Of a stretch of 63,300 bases of DNA, positions 24,717 through 34,446 are shown piece after piece. The notes beneath the pieces are model-generated. The model was not told where the DNA came from, made no database searches, and was given only the letters and a program-made list of their open reading frames with translations. Numbering within the stretch: position 1 is the first letter of the stretch; each line of letters starts with the position of its first letter. The DNA comes from an uncultured Clostridia bacterium (GTDB taxonomy: Bacteria; Bacillota; Clostridia; TANB77; CAG-508), in assembly GCA_944393485.1 (NCBI GenBank), contig CALYAJ010000001.1, positions 1-63,300 on the forward strand, read 5' to 3'. The translations under genes and the position numbers were made by a program.

Positions 24717-26027
24717 TTATTCACCTACATCTGATTGATACAAACCATTCTCTTTTACTGTCTCATCTTCTCCTTTTTTCCCAACAGTATATGAATATTC
24801 AATTATCTTACTAAATATACTATCTATTTTTTCCTTTATATTATCTTCATATTCTTGTCCTACCACAACCTCATTAAAATATCTTCTTATTAATTTTCTA
24901 TCTTCTTCAGGCGAATTTATAATTTTTTCCCAATTCTCTGGATTATTCCAAAATTGGACATCTTCAATATAGTTTTCATAGTCTTTTGAATCATATGGAT
25001 CTAGTCCTATTTTTCTTCTATATATAGCAGTATTTGAAATTTTTAATGGTACATTATAAAGTCTTTCCATCATTGTAGCTCTTTCAAAATCTCTTAAGTT
25101 AATTTCACAACCATTCGTTTTAAAAAACACACCAATGACTTTAATTTTAGAATCATCCAAAATCACCTCATTTACATCTTCTGTTCTATTTGAAAAAACA
25201 GATCCACGTTTTTCTTGATTTTTAATTGTATCTTCTTCTAGTTGATTTGGTGATTGAATCTTTGTAGTACTTACTTTTCCATCTTTATCTAAATTTCCAG
25301 GGAAACCAGCATCCAAATAAAGACCTTCTTTAAATTTAAATACTGTTCTTATTCCTTGTACACTTGTTATATTTGTTCCTGCATCTTCTTGTGTAGAACA
25401 TATAATTGCATCATTTGCCTCAATAATTAATCCTACTTGTGAATTTCTAAACATCGCCATTTGTTTATCACTTAATAATGATGCTGATACATAATCTCCT
25501 TCAAAATTTCTTCTTCTTCTATAATTTGGAATACCTGGTAAATAAATAATTCCCTCACCAGAATGAACTAAATATTTAAATTTATCTCCTGGTTTAATTT
25601 CCGTATTTATACTTGTTGTAGATTTTTTCCATAATGGTATTGTTATCAATTCATGAATCGTCTCTTCTATTTTAAATACCTTGTCAAAATCTTTTTTTAT
25701 GCTTTGCAATGTTTCAGAAGAATTTTCATATATTCTTTTCGATTCTTCGCTTGAAAGTCCAGCATATTCTTGATTATTCGCCATTTCATTTAAGCCAAAG
25801 CTTATTTGTTCATTAGATATTTTTAAAACTGTTGAAAATGAATCCTTATATTTTTCTAACAATTCTTCAATTCTTCTTTTACTTTCTTCTAAAAATTGAT
25901 TGTTCATTTCAGATAAATTTTCATTATTTAAATAATACTCTATTTGTCTTATGATAGCTTTAGCTATTGCAAAAGCATCAAATATATCTGTTTCATTATA
26001 ATTCTCACTAAATTTTCTAGTAGTCAT
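24717..26027 (-). CDS. hypothetical protein (436 aa), monocistronic
   Basis: Long ORF with no TM segment. I recognise no family. It is bounded by a terminator downstream and repeat copy B upstream. Confidence 0.65.
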   Translation of the reverse strand: MTTRKFSENYNETDIFDAFAIAKAIIRQIEYYLNNENLSEMNNQFLEESKRRIEELLEKYKDSFSTVLKISNEQISFGLNEMANNQEYAGLSSEESKRIYENSSETLQSIKKDFDKVFKIEETIHELITIPLWKKSTTSINTEIKPGDKFKYLVHSGEGIIYLPGIPNYRRRRNFEGDYVSASLLSDKQMAMFRNSQVGLIIEANDAIICSTQEDAGTNITSVQGIRTVFKFKEGLYLDAGFPGNLDKDGKVSTTKIQSPNQLEEDTIKNQEKRGSVFSNRTEDVNEVILDDSKIKVIGVFFKTNGCEINLRDFERATMMERLYNVPLKISNTAIYRRKIGLDPYDSKDYENYIEDVQFWNNPENWEKIINSPEEDRKLIRRYFNEVVVGQEYEDNIKEKIDSIFSKIIEYSYTVGKKGEDETVKENGLYQSDVGE

Positions 26028-26089
26028 ACTACATCTCCCCTATAATATTCTAATTAAATAGAGCTTACAAATGTAAGCCCTGTTTTTAT

Positions 26090-26216
26090 TAAATATGAAA
26101 AATCACCAGATTTTTCGGAGCTACAAGATCATGTTATCTATTTCCTTCCATACAAAACAATTGGTATGCATTTCGCCAAGTATCTCTTTTAAGAAATACT
26201 TGGCAAAATGTCTTCC
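26090..26216 (+). repeat. structured intergenic repeat, copy B (forward orientation, long form)
   Basis: AAAAATCACCAGATTTTTCGGAGCTACAAG... aligns with copies A and C. The distal part aligns with the reverse complement of copy E (ACAAAACAA.TGG, CTTGGCAAAAT). It ends at the hpf stop codon. Confidence 0.6.
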
Positions 26217-26219
26217 TTT

Positions 26220-26741
26220 TTATGCTTCTGGTTCTATTAAACCATAATTTTTATTATCTTTTAATTTATAAATTACATTAACTTTACCATTTTCTAAATT
26301 AACAAATGTTAAGAAAGTATTTCCTTTCTTTTCTTGTAATTTTAATTTTGCATCTTCTGGTGTCATTGGTTTTATTTCATAATATAATTCTTTTATAATT
26401 TCATTTTCTGGTTCTGCAGAATCTTCTTCTTGAGAAATTCTAATACTTGCATCTTTATCCATTTTTTCTTTTTTAGTTTTTACTTTTCTTATTTGTCCTT
26501 CTAAAATATCTATATTTTTATCTATAGATGCGTATAAATCCTTATGTGCAGTAACGGCTTTATATGTAATTCCTTGATATGCAACTCTTGATTCAGCTAC
26601 TTGCTCATTCCCTTCTACTTTGATTGTAACTGTGCCATCAAAATCATCCATATATTTTGATAATTTTTCCATCTTTTTTTCTGCATAATCTCTTATTGCA
26701 TCTGTAACTACTAAATCCTTTCCTACAACTTTTATATTCAT
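26220..26741 (-). CDS. hpf: ribosome hibernation promoting factor (long HPF)
   Basis: MNIKVVGKDLVVTDAIRDYAEKK N-terminus plus the C-terminal dimerisation domain. The ATG at 26741 follows GAGAGGAGAG. Confidence 0.9.
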   Translation of the reverse strand: MNIKVVGKDLVVTDAIRDYAEKKMEKLSKYMDDFDGTVTIKVEGNEQVAESRVAYQGITYKAVTAHKDLYASIDKNIDILEGQIRKVKTKKEKMDKDASIRISQEEDSAEPENEIIKELYYEIKPMTPEDAKLKLQEKKGNTFLTFVNLENGKVNVIYKLKDNKNYGLIEPEA

Positions 26742-26861
26742 AAAAATCTCTCCTCTCAATTATAGTGCTTTCTTTTGTTATATGCTTATTATATCTTGTA
26801 ATCAGCTTTTTTTCAACCCTATTTTATTTTTTTTAGCTTAGTATTTAAGTTTCTGACATTT

Positions 26862-26942
26862 TTAGAAAAGATCTTCCATTTTATAATCTTTTTCTAATTT
26901 ATCATTTAAATATAATTTGGCAATAAGTTTCAATTCTTTCAT
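26862..26942 (-). CDS. candidate 26-aa small ORF downstream of recO
   Basis: Encodes MKELKLIAKLYLNDKLEKDYKMEDLF. A GGAGAGGAAAG SD sits 4 nt upstream of the ATG, which lies 17 nt after the recO stop. There is no other support. Confidence 0.2.
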   Translation of the reverse strand: MKELKLIAKLYLNDKLEKDYKMEDLF

Positions 26943-26958
26943 ACTTTCCTCTCCTATG

Positions 26959-27588
26959 TTAAAAGAAAAAACTTTTTTTATAGGTGCCATCATAATATAT
27001 CTTATTGATTGAATTGTTCCGTGCAGTTACATGTACAGCACCTGTATCTTGCTTTCCACAAATTGCACATTTAAACCCACTGTCTTTAAAACTAAAATAT
27101 TCTAAATTGGTTTCTCCACAATTTAAACATTTTGTAATTTGTGGAGTAAATCCTAATATATTCATTAATTTTAATTTAAATATCGCTACAATAAATTCTA
27201 AATCTTTATCTGTTTCTGAAATCATGTAAAGTGTATTCAAATAAAGTTGTAATACTTTATAATCATTTTCATTTTCGTCTGTAACATCAATAATAATTTT
27301 TGTAATATATGATGCATATCTTAATTTATCTAAATCTTTTCTAATATTGTAAAATATTTCAATAGGTTCACAAGAATTAATATAATATGTAGTTGCAGAT
27401 TTATATAAAACATATTCTCCAAAACATAAAAATTGGCTACCTACTAGGAGCGAACTTTTAAATCTTTTCGCTCCTCTGGCAGCACATGATATTTTTCCAA
27501 GACCTGGTGTTAACATTGTTAGCATTTTATCGAAATCGCCCATATTATGTTCAACTAATATAATCCCTTTTGTCTTTATTGTTCCCAT
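26959..27588 (-). CDS. recO: DNA repair protein RecO
   Basis: OB-fold N-terminus (GIILVEHNMGDFDKMLTMLT) and a C4 zinc motif (CLNCGE...CAICG). It follows era and yqzL as in Bacillus. Confidence 0.9.
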   Translation of the reverse strand: MGTIKTKGIILVEHNMGDFDKMLTMLTPGLGKISCAARGAKRFKSSLLVGSQFLCFGEYVLYKSATTYYINSCEPIEIFYNIRKDLDKLRYASYITKIIIDVTDENENDYKVLQLYLNTLYMISETDKDLEFIVAIFKLKLMNILGFTPQITKCLNCGETNLEYFSFKDSGFKCAICGKQDTGAVHVTARNNSINKIYYDGTYKKSFFF

Positions 27589-27697
27589 TCTTTTCTTCCT
27601 CTATTTTTTTCTCTATTTCTTTAATCTGACTAAATTCCATAAAAGTATTTATATCACCAGTTTTTTTAAAGGTATCCCAAGCTATTTTCTTAATCAT
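27551..27697 (-). CDS. yqzL: YqzL-like small protein (48 aa), not in the ORF track
   Basis: Encodes MIKKIAWDTFKKTGDINTFMEFSQIKEIEKKIEEEKNGNNKDKRDYIS. A GGAGATGA SD lies upstream. It sits between era and recO, exactly where yqzL is in B. subtilis, and overlaps the recO start by 38 nt. Confidence 0.55.
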   Translation of the reverse strand: MIKKIAWDTFKKTGDINTFMEFSQIKEIEKKIEEEKNGNNKDKRDYIS

Positions 27698-27748
27698 GAA
27701 ATCATCTCCTTTATAATTATCTTCTGTATTTTATGCAATTTTATACAA

Positions 27749-28651
27749 TTAGTTGAATTTAAATTTTTTCACAATATTTTCTTTGTCCTGCCAGTCTTCT
27801 TTTACTTTTACCCAAACTTTTAAATTAATCTTCATTCCTAACATTTTTTCTAATTCTATTCTTGCTCCAGTTACAATTCTTTTTAGCATCGAACCATTTT
27901 TACCAATAATTATTCCCTTGTGAGAATTTCTTAAACAATATATAGTGGCTTCTACATCATATATGTCTTCACCTTTTGTTGTTTTTCTATCTTTCATTTT
28001 TTCGACTTCTATATATATTCCATGAGGTACTTCTTCACTTAAAAATTTTAATGCTTTTTCACGTATTACTTCTTCTACTAATTGTCTTGCTGTTTGATCT
28101 GTATATTCATCTATATCATAATATGCAGGTCCTTCTTTTAAATTTTTTTCTATTTCATCTAATATAATCTCATTCCATTTATTACTTAATGCAGAAATTG
28201 GAATAATTGCTTCAAAATTATATTCATTTTTATACATATCTATTACTTTTAAGATTTCTTCTTTTTCTATTAAATCTATTTTGTTTAATACTAATATTGT
28301 CTTTTTATTAATTGCTTTAATTTTGTCTAGTATTATTCTATCTCCTTTTGTTATTTCTTTTTTAGAACAATCTACAATATAAAGTATTAAATCAACATCA
28401 CCTGCAATTCCATATGATGTTTCTAACATTGTTTCTCCTAATTTAGTAGTCGGTTTGTGTATTCCTGGTGTATCTATAAAAATTATTTGTGAATTTTTTC
28501 TATTTACTATTGCCCTTATTGCAGTCCTCGTTGTTTGAGATTTATTAACTGTTATTGCTACTTTCTCTCCTACCAGATTGTTAATAAGTGTTGATTTTCC
28601 AACATTAGTTTTTCCTATTATTGCTACAAATCCAGATTTAAATTTTGCCAT
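27749..28651 (-). CDS. era: GTPase Era
   Basis: Has the G1 motif GKTNVGKST, the G3 motif DTPG, NKID and a C-terminal KH domain. I chose the ATG at 28651. Confidence 0.95.
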   Translation of the reverse strand: MAKFKSGFVAIIGKTNVGKSTLINNLVGEKVAITVNKSQTTRTAIRAIVNRKNSQIIFIDTPGIHKPTTKLGETMLETSYGIAGDVDLILYIVDCSKKEITKGDRIILDKIKAINKKTILVLNKIDLIEKEEILKVIDMYKNEYNFEAIIPISALSNKWNEIILDEIEKNLKEGPAYYDIDEYTDQTARQLVEEVIREKALKFLSEEVPHGIYIEVEKMKDRKTTKGEDIYDVEATIYCLRNSHKGIIIGKNGSMLKRIVTGARIELEKMLGMKINLKVWVKVKEDWQDKENIVKKFKFN

Positions 28652-28811
28652 CAAATTTTTCCTTTCTTATAAAATATTTTAGCTATAATTTACTTCTCTC
28701 TAGAAGGTATTTTACCATATATATATAATTAAATCTAGCAAAAAACAAATATTTAATTATACATATTCACAAATCAAATTTTATAATATTATATAATTTA
28801 AATAAATTCGT

Positions 28812-28856
28812 CAAAAACAATTGTAACTCTTGGATTTAATTATTCCAAGAGTTACA
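28812..28856 (-). terminator. intrinsic terminator after the DUF3048 gene
   Basis: Perfect 13-bp stem TGTAACTCTTGGA/TCCAAGAGTTACA. The minus strand continues ATTGTTTTTGA. Confidence 0.65.
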
Positions 28857-28863
28857 AAAAATG

Positions 28864-29934
28864 TTATTCGAATGTTACATCACTATCTATAGGACAAATA
28901 TTAAAAAATGTATTTCCATCATTTACTTCTATTTCATTTCCGTCTAAATCTTGATAAACAGTTTGCCCTTTTCTAGATTTTTTTACACATTTAATTTTTA
29001 TTGCTTTTCCATTTGTAATATAATATCCATCACATGTTTTTACATTATTTAATGTTTGTCTATCTTTTTTAGTTCCATCATTAAGTTTAGAATTTCTTAC
29101 AAATGTAATTATTATATTTTTAGTCGTTATAGGCTCTTTCGTTTCGTAATCTGTTTGTTTTTTACCTCTAGCATATCTTGTATATCTTTTTGTTTCTTCA
29201 TCATATTTATAGCTTGTTGTATGTAATTCTGAATATGGAATAGTTACTGTATTTGCATCAATTCCATCTTCTAAATTCACTTCATCAAAAGTATAATTTA
29301 ATACACTATCTTCATCAGAAGTTAAACTATATCCTTTATTTTTAGCAATTTTCTTAATATCTTTTGTACTTGTAAAAACATTATGTGGAGCTGCTTTTGC
29401 CTTTGTTCTCCAAAAACTACTTGAACTCTCTGTTATTCCATTAATATTATCCACATCTAATGAACTAATATCTGTTCTTGCCTTTGGACTCCAACCATAA
29501 TGTGCATATATTGCATCATTTTCTAAAGCATAATCTAGAAAATAATGTCTAGAACTACGAACTGGACCTATTTCATCCAAATCTACTCCTTTAAATAAAG
29601 CCATTAGTCTAGTTTCTCCACCTTCTACTATAATTTCGTAAACACTATATGCTTTATTTAAACCTGCTTGTGGCCATGCTCCCTTATGATTGTCGATCAT
29701 TACTGCTATTGGTCTTTCATCTCCAGAAAATATACTTTCTTGTTCTGGCTCTGGTTCTTCCACTACCTCTGGTAAAATTGTATTTGTTTCTGAACTGACT
29801 TCAGTTTTATTATATATTTCAAAATAATAGTAAGTTCCTGCAATTGCAAGTAATATTATAAGAATTAAGAAAAATGCTCCTACAATTTTCTTTTTACTTT
29901 TGTGTTCCTCTACTTTCAATCTTTTTCCTGCCAT
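28864..29934 (-). CDS. DUF3048 (YerB-like) membrane-anchored protein
   Basis: N-terminal TM segment. PIAVMIDNHKGAWPQAGL...EGGETRLMALF...IGPVRSSRHYF matches my recollection of DUF3048. Confidence 0.75.
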   Translation of the reverse strand: MAGKRLKVEEHKSKKKIVGAFFLILIILLAIAGTYYYFEIYNKTEVSSETNTILPEVVEEPEPEQESIFSGDERPIAVMIDNHKGAWPQAGLNKAYSVYEIIVEGGETRLMALFKGVDLDEIGPVRSSRHYFLDYALENDAIYAHYGWSPKARTDISSLDVDNINGITESSSSFWRTKAKAAPHNVFTSTKDIKKIAKNKGYSLTSDEDSVLNYTFDEVNLEDGIDANTVTIPYSELHTTSYKYDEETKRYTRYARGKKQTDYETKEPITTKNIIITFVRNSKLNDGTKKDRQTLNNVKTCDGYYITNGKAIKIKCVKKSRKGQTVYQDLDGNEIEVNDGNTFFNICPIDSDVTFE

Positions 29935-29946
29935 TTTGTTTCCTTT

Positions 29947-30336
29947 CTATTTAAACATTTGAATTATTTTGTCCGCAAATAAAAAATAAGATACTACAAC
30001 CGCATTTATAGAAGCTAAAACTACAGCTCCTGCAGCAGTATCTTTAGCTAACTTAGCTTTAATATGATATTCTTCGGTTGTAAGGTCAACTGCTGTTTCT
30101 AAAGCTGTATTCATCATTTCAGAACCTAATACCAAAAATACAGCTAAAGATAAAATTGCCCATTCAGAAGAACTAATTTTTAAAACAATTCCAAGTATCA
30201 CTACAATTATTCCTGCAATCAATTGTATTCTTAAATTTCTTTGTGTTTTAAATGCATATACAATTCCAGAAAAAGCATTTTTCCATGCTTCAAAAAAATT
30301 TTTATTATATAATCTGCTATCCTTTTTTTTATCCAT
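29947..30336 (-). CDS. dgkA: diacylglycerol/undecaprenol kinase family protein
   Basis: 129 aa with three TM segments and the EMMNTALE motif. It lies downstream of ybeY. Confidence 0.85.
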   Translation of the reverse strand: MDKKKDSRLYNKNFFEAWKNAFSGIVYAFKTQRNLRIQLIAGIIVVILGIVLKISSSEWAILSLAVFLVLGSEMMNTALETAVDLTTEEYHIKAKLAKDTAAGAVVLASINAVVVSYFLFADKIIQMFK

Positions 30337-30338
30337 GT

Positions 30339-30815
30339 TTACTCCCTATTTATATTTAATTCACTTAATACATTTTCTTCTTTTTCTCTCATCTCTTTTT
30401 TATCTTCTGGTTGAATATGATCATATCCCATTAAATGATAAAATCCATGAACTAACATATAGGCTAATTCTCTTTCAAAACTATGTCCATATTCATCTGC
30501 TTGCATTTTTACTTGACTTAAATTTACAATTATATCTCCTAAAACTTCTGTTACAATACTTTTTTCTTGTTTTAATTTTTCTACCTCTTCTTTTTCAAAC
30601 ATAGGAAAAGATAAAACATCTGTTGCTTTATCTATATTCCTATATTCTTTATTATATGCTTGTATATCTACTGGTGTTGTATAAATAATACTTACATAAA
30701 TATTTTTATCTAATAAATTTTCTGTTTCAAAACATTTTTTTAATACTTTTTCTGTTAATTCTGAATACATTTCATTAGGTTCAACATTTAAATATTCTAT
30801 TTCTGTACACTTCAT
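30339..30815 (-). CDS. ybeY: rRNA maturation endoribonuclease YbeY
   Basis: Has the HGFYHLMGYDH zinc-binding motif. Confidence 0.9.
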   Translation of the reverse strand: MKCTEIEYLNVEPNEMYSELTEKVLKKCFETENLLDKNIYVSIIYTTPVDIQAYNKEYRNIDKATDVLSFPMFEKEEVEKLKQEKSIVTEVLGDIIVNLSQVKMQADEYGHSFERELAYMLVHGFYHLMGYDHIQPEDKKEMREKEENVLSELNINRE

Positions 30816-30834
30816 ATTATACCCCTTCTTCTCT

Positions 30835-32052
30835 TCAACCTATTTCTTTTTTTTCTTCTCTTTTGCTTCTTGAATATATTTTATCTGAAGTAGTACATGT
30901 ATTGCTTAAATTTCTCATTTTGCCTAATTCTACTAACTTATTTTTATAAAATTTTATAATATTATTATAATTTCTTTTTGCTTTTCTTAATTTTTCCATA
31001 TCTGCTTTTATAAATAAAGCTTGTTTTTCTATTTCATATTTTTCAAAATCGTCATCTTTAATTTTTTGTATTTTTTTATAGCTATTCCAAAACTCTTTAT
31101 ATTCTTCCCTATCTGATGGTTTGTCCCAATAAATTTTTGTAGAGAGTAATCTAATATTATAATCTTCTATAAGTTCCATTAATAAATTGTATGCATCATT
31201 GCTTTTCTTTTTTATTTTTGTAGTTACCATTATATGTCTTAAATCTTTTAATAATTTTATATAACATTGTTCTGCAACTACTAGAGGTAAACTATGTGTA
31301 AATAATTGTCTACTTATTCCTAATAGAATCATTCTTTTTTCTATTGAATCATTCATATCTAGTTTTCCTACTGTAAGTTTATCGAATTTCTCGTATTGAG
31401 AAATAATATTTTTATATGTATTTGTAGTATCTAATTTTATTTTTAATGGTAAAATATCTGCAATATATTCTTCTAACAAATCAAATATTTTATCATATAC
31501 TATATTTTTATCTTGATATGTTAAATTGTCTGCTAATTGTATAGAAAAATGTTTTAAAATACCTTTGTATAATTGTTCCATTTTAGTTATATAAAATTTT
31601 TCATATCTTTCTATATTCTTTATGTTTTCATTTTTAGCTGTTTTATAATCTAATTCTAATAAATATTTTTGCTTTCTATATTTATATTCTATATATTCTG
31701 TTTGTTTTAAATGTATTACTTCATAATAATTTGAAAGTGCATTTTTTTCAAAATCTGAAGCAGATCCATTTTTAACTTTTTTATAAATAGAATCCATTAT
31801 ATACTTATCTATTGATTCTAAATATAAAGTATATGCATCTTCATATTTTTTAGCTAAATTTTCTTTTTTATTGCCTTCTTCTTTTGTATTAGTATACACT
31901 TCAAAAGATTTTAATAAACTATTTCTTTTTATTGTAATCATTAATCCATTAAGCCCTAATTTAGTTGGAATTAGTAACTTACTTATAGTATTTGTTAATT
32001 TTGCGAAAAAATTTTTATTTGTGCTTACAACTCTTAGACTTCTTTGCTCCAT
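30835..32052 (-). CDS. hypothetical Lys/Glu/Tyr-rich helical protein (405 aa) in the phoH/pgpH slot
   Basis: Long ORF. The ATG at 32052 is preceded by AAAGGA. It has no P-loop, no HD motif and no TM segments. Confidence 0.65.
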   Translation of the reverse strand: MEQRSLRVVSTNKNFFAKLTNTISKLLIPTKLGLNGLMITIKRNSLLKSFEVYTNTKEEGNKKENLAKKYEDAYTLYLESIDKYIMDSIYKKVKNGSASDFEKNALSNYYEVIHLKQTEYIEYKYRKQKYLLELDYKTAKNENIKNIERYEKFYITKMEQLYKGILKHFSIQLADNLTYQDKNIVYDKIFDLLEEYIADILPLKIKLDTTNTYKNIISQYEKFDKLTVGKLDMNDSIEKRMILLGISRQLFTHSLPLVVAEQCYIKLLKDLRHIMVTTKIKKKSNDAYNLLMELIEDYNIRLLSTKIYWDKPSDREEYKEFWNSYKKIQKIKDDDFEKYEIEKQALFIKADMEKLRKAKRNYNNIIKFYKNKLVELGKMRNLSNTCTTSDKIYSRSKREEKKEIG

Positions 32053-32065
32053 GCTAATCATCCTT

Positions 32066-33259
32066 TCAAAATACTATTTTTTCATTTGTCCCTATATTTT
32101 CAAATACTTCATATGTTACCTCTGCCTTAACTTTATCTTTTTCTACTTCATAATTTACTGTTACATTTTTTATGTTATCCTTGTTTTCTACTTGTGCATT
32201 TAGTTTTTCTTCTGCTATTTTTTTTGCTTCGTTTTTTGCTTCTTCTACACTGTATTTAACACTTTTTTCTTGTATTTCAAAATTATTACATTCAATTAAC
32301 TCTACGGGTAGATAGAAATTTGAAAATATTTTTATTTTTTTCGATGTGTATATTGTATCATATTTTTCAAAATTTGAAAGCTTTTTATATAAATTTATTC
32401 TAAAATTATTTATTTTTAATGCATATTTTTTCTCTGTATTTCCGGTTTTTTCGATACTTTTTTCTTCTAAGTTTACTTCTCCTGTTTCTGTATACCATAC
32501 ATTTGCTTCTATATTTCCATCAGCCCTTACAAACCTTGTACCCGTATACTTTCCTTCTATCCATCCTGCAATTAGCAAAGATCCTTCTTTTACAACATCT
32601 CCCGGCTTTACCATTGCAGTACCATTATTGGCAGTAATTTTTAAAATTTTTCCTTCTTTATTTGATACTATGTTACAATAATCATCTTCATTAGCAATTT
32701 CGGGTTTTTTCTCTGCTTCTACAACTTGCACTATAGCATTTGTTCCTTTAATTTCTATTCCAATCCACGAAATATCATTTCTATTTAATCTTACTTTATT
32801 TACAATTTCTTTTACATCAATTTTATTTTTTCTTTCTCCAATATATAGTCCATTTTCATTTAATGTATTTATAATATCTTCCTCTTTCAAATTACTACCA
32901 TTAATTTTTACTTCAATATTCCATACAAACTGTGACAATACAATTAGGCTACCAATTATTATACACATCATTAATAAAAAAATTTTTCTCTTCTTATATT
33001 TTTCAAATATAAAAGGAATACCTTTTTTATTTTTTATTTCTACTTTGCACTTTGTCTTTTTTGTAATTTTTCTTATTCTTTTAAAATCATTTATCCCTAT
33101 TTTGCAACTTATAAAACTAGAATTTTTTCTTTTCATGCCCCACAAAAGTATTTTTTGATTTCTGCACATATTTATAAATCGTTCTATAAAATAGCCTTCT
33201 ACATTTATATTTAAATATCCTAATATGTAATTTAAAACTAGCTTTATAAACAATTTCAA
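32066..33259 (-). CDS. yqfD: sporulation protein YqfD
   Basis: 397 aa. The N-terminal LGYLNINVEGYFIERFINMC, the central TM segment and the position after yqfC all fit YqfD. Confidence 0.85.
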   Translation of the reverse strand: MKLFIKLVLNYILGYLNINVEGYFIERFINMCRNQKILLWGMKRKNSSFISCKIGINDFKRIRKITKKTKCKVEIKNKKGIPFIFEKYKKRKIFLLMMCIIIGSLIVLSQFVWNIEVKINGSNLKEEDIINTLNENGLYIGERKNKIDVKEIVNKVRLNRNDISWIGIEIKGTNAIVQVVEAEKKPEIANEDDYCNIVSNKEGKILKITANNGTAMVKPGDVVKEGSLLIAGWIEGKYTGTRFVRADGNIEANVWYTETGEVNLEEKSIEKTGNTEKKYALKINNFRINLYKKLSNFEKYDTIYTSKKIKIFSNFYLPVELIECNNFEIQEKSVKYSVEEAKNEAKKIAEEKLNAQVENKDNIKNVTVNYEVEKDKVKAEVTYEVFENIGTNEKIVF

Positions 33260-33543
33260 TCCTCCTCTGCAGGTTCTAAATATAACTTTTCTATTTCTCC
33301 ATTGATTACAACATCATTTTCTGTTATTTGATTTAAATCTAATTTTGTTCCTTCCACTATTATTATTCCTATAAAAGTATTTATTTTTATTAAGTAATCT
33401 TCATATTCTATAATTCCTTTATAATTTTCTACCATTAATTCAGAAAATCCCAAGATAGTTATTTTAGGATTAGAAGTGGTTACCTCAATTGGCATTTCTA
33501 AAATTCTTTCTAATTTATTTCTATTTTTCTTTATTTTAACCAC
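33256..33543 (-). CDS. yqfC: sporulation protein YqfC (YabP family)
   Basis: 95 aa with a YabP-like sequence. It overlaps yqfD by 4 nt. Confidence 0.8.
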   Translation of the reverse strand: MVKIKKNRNKLERILEMPIEVTTSNPKITILGFSELMVENYKGIIEYEDYLIKINTFIGIIIVEGTKLDLNQITENDVVINGEIEKLYLEPAEED

Positions 33544-34359
33544 CTATCTTTCAAATTCATCTAGAGATTTAAATTCATATCCTTCTTGCTTTGCAGTCTT
33601 TATAACTTCATCTAATACATTTGCATTGTCTTTAGAATTTCCATGTAACAGCATTATCTCTCCATTGTGTAGATTATCTAAAATCATCTTTTTAGCATAT
33701 TCTTCTCCCTTTTGATTATTTTCATCATAATCCATATATCCAAATGTCCACATTACAGTAGTATATCCTAAATTATTTGTAACAGCTAAACTTCTTTCAC
33801 TATATTCACCTTTTGGAGGTCTTATATATTTCATTTCATAGCCTGTTTTTTCATATATTGCTTGATGTAATTTCATTACTTCTTCTTTTATTTCTTTATC
33901 TGAAATATCTGGAAGAGTTTTATGATTTACTGTATGATTTCCTACTATATGTCCTTCATTAACCATTCTTTTTACCAAGTCTTCTGCCTTATTTAAATAA
34001 TGTGCTGTTATAAAAAATGTAGCTTTAACGTCATTTTCTTTTAAAACATCTAAAATCTTTTCAGTATATCCTGCTTCATATCCTTCATCAAAAGTTAAAT
34101 AAATATATTTCTTTTCTTCATTTCCTAAGTACATCCCATTATACTTTTCCATTAATTCTTTGTTTTCTTTTCCCACATCAGGTCTTTTGTGATCTTTTTC
34201 TCTTTTTATTCCCCAACCTATTTTTTTATTGCTCAAAGTTGTAGATGTTGATACTTCCTCTGCTTTACTTGTGTTAATTATTAAAATTCCTGTTAATATT
34301 ACACATATTATCAGCATAATAGAAATATATATTTTTACCTTTTCCATAACATCCTCCAT
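33544..34359 (-). CDS. pdaA: polysaccharide deacetylase, PdaA-like (spore cortex delta-lactam synthesis)
   Basis: YLTFDEGYEAGYT...ATFFITAHY...GHIVGNHTVNH...RPPKGEYSE closely follows B. subtilis PdaA as I remember it. The start may instead be the ATG at 34347. Confidence 0.75.
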   Translation of the reverse strand: MEDVMEKVKIYISIMLIICVILTGILIINTSKAEEVSTSTTLSNKKIGWGIKREKDHKRPDVGKENKELMEKYNGMYLGNEEKKYIYLTFDEGYEAGYTEKILDVLKENDVKATFFITAHYLNKAEDLVKRMVNEGHIVGNHTVNHKTLPDISDKEIKEEVMKLHQAIYEKTGYEMKYIRPPKGEYSERSLAVTNNLGYTTVMWTFGYMDYDENNQKGEEYAKKMILDNLHNGEIMLLHGNSKDNANVLDEVIKTAKQEGYEFKSLDEFER

Positions 34360-34446
34360 AAAAGACTTTTTTAGTAATTTTATGTGGTTTTTATTTTTTT
34401 ATTACTAAATGTTGAATTCAATTTATGTAAATCCATTTAAATCATA

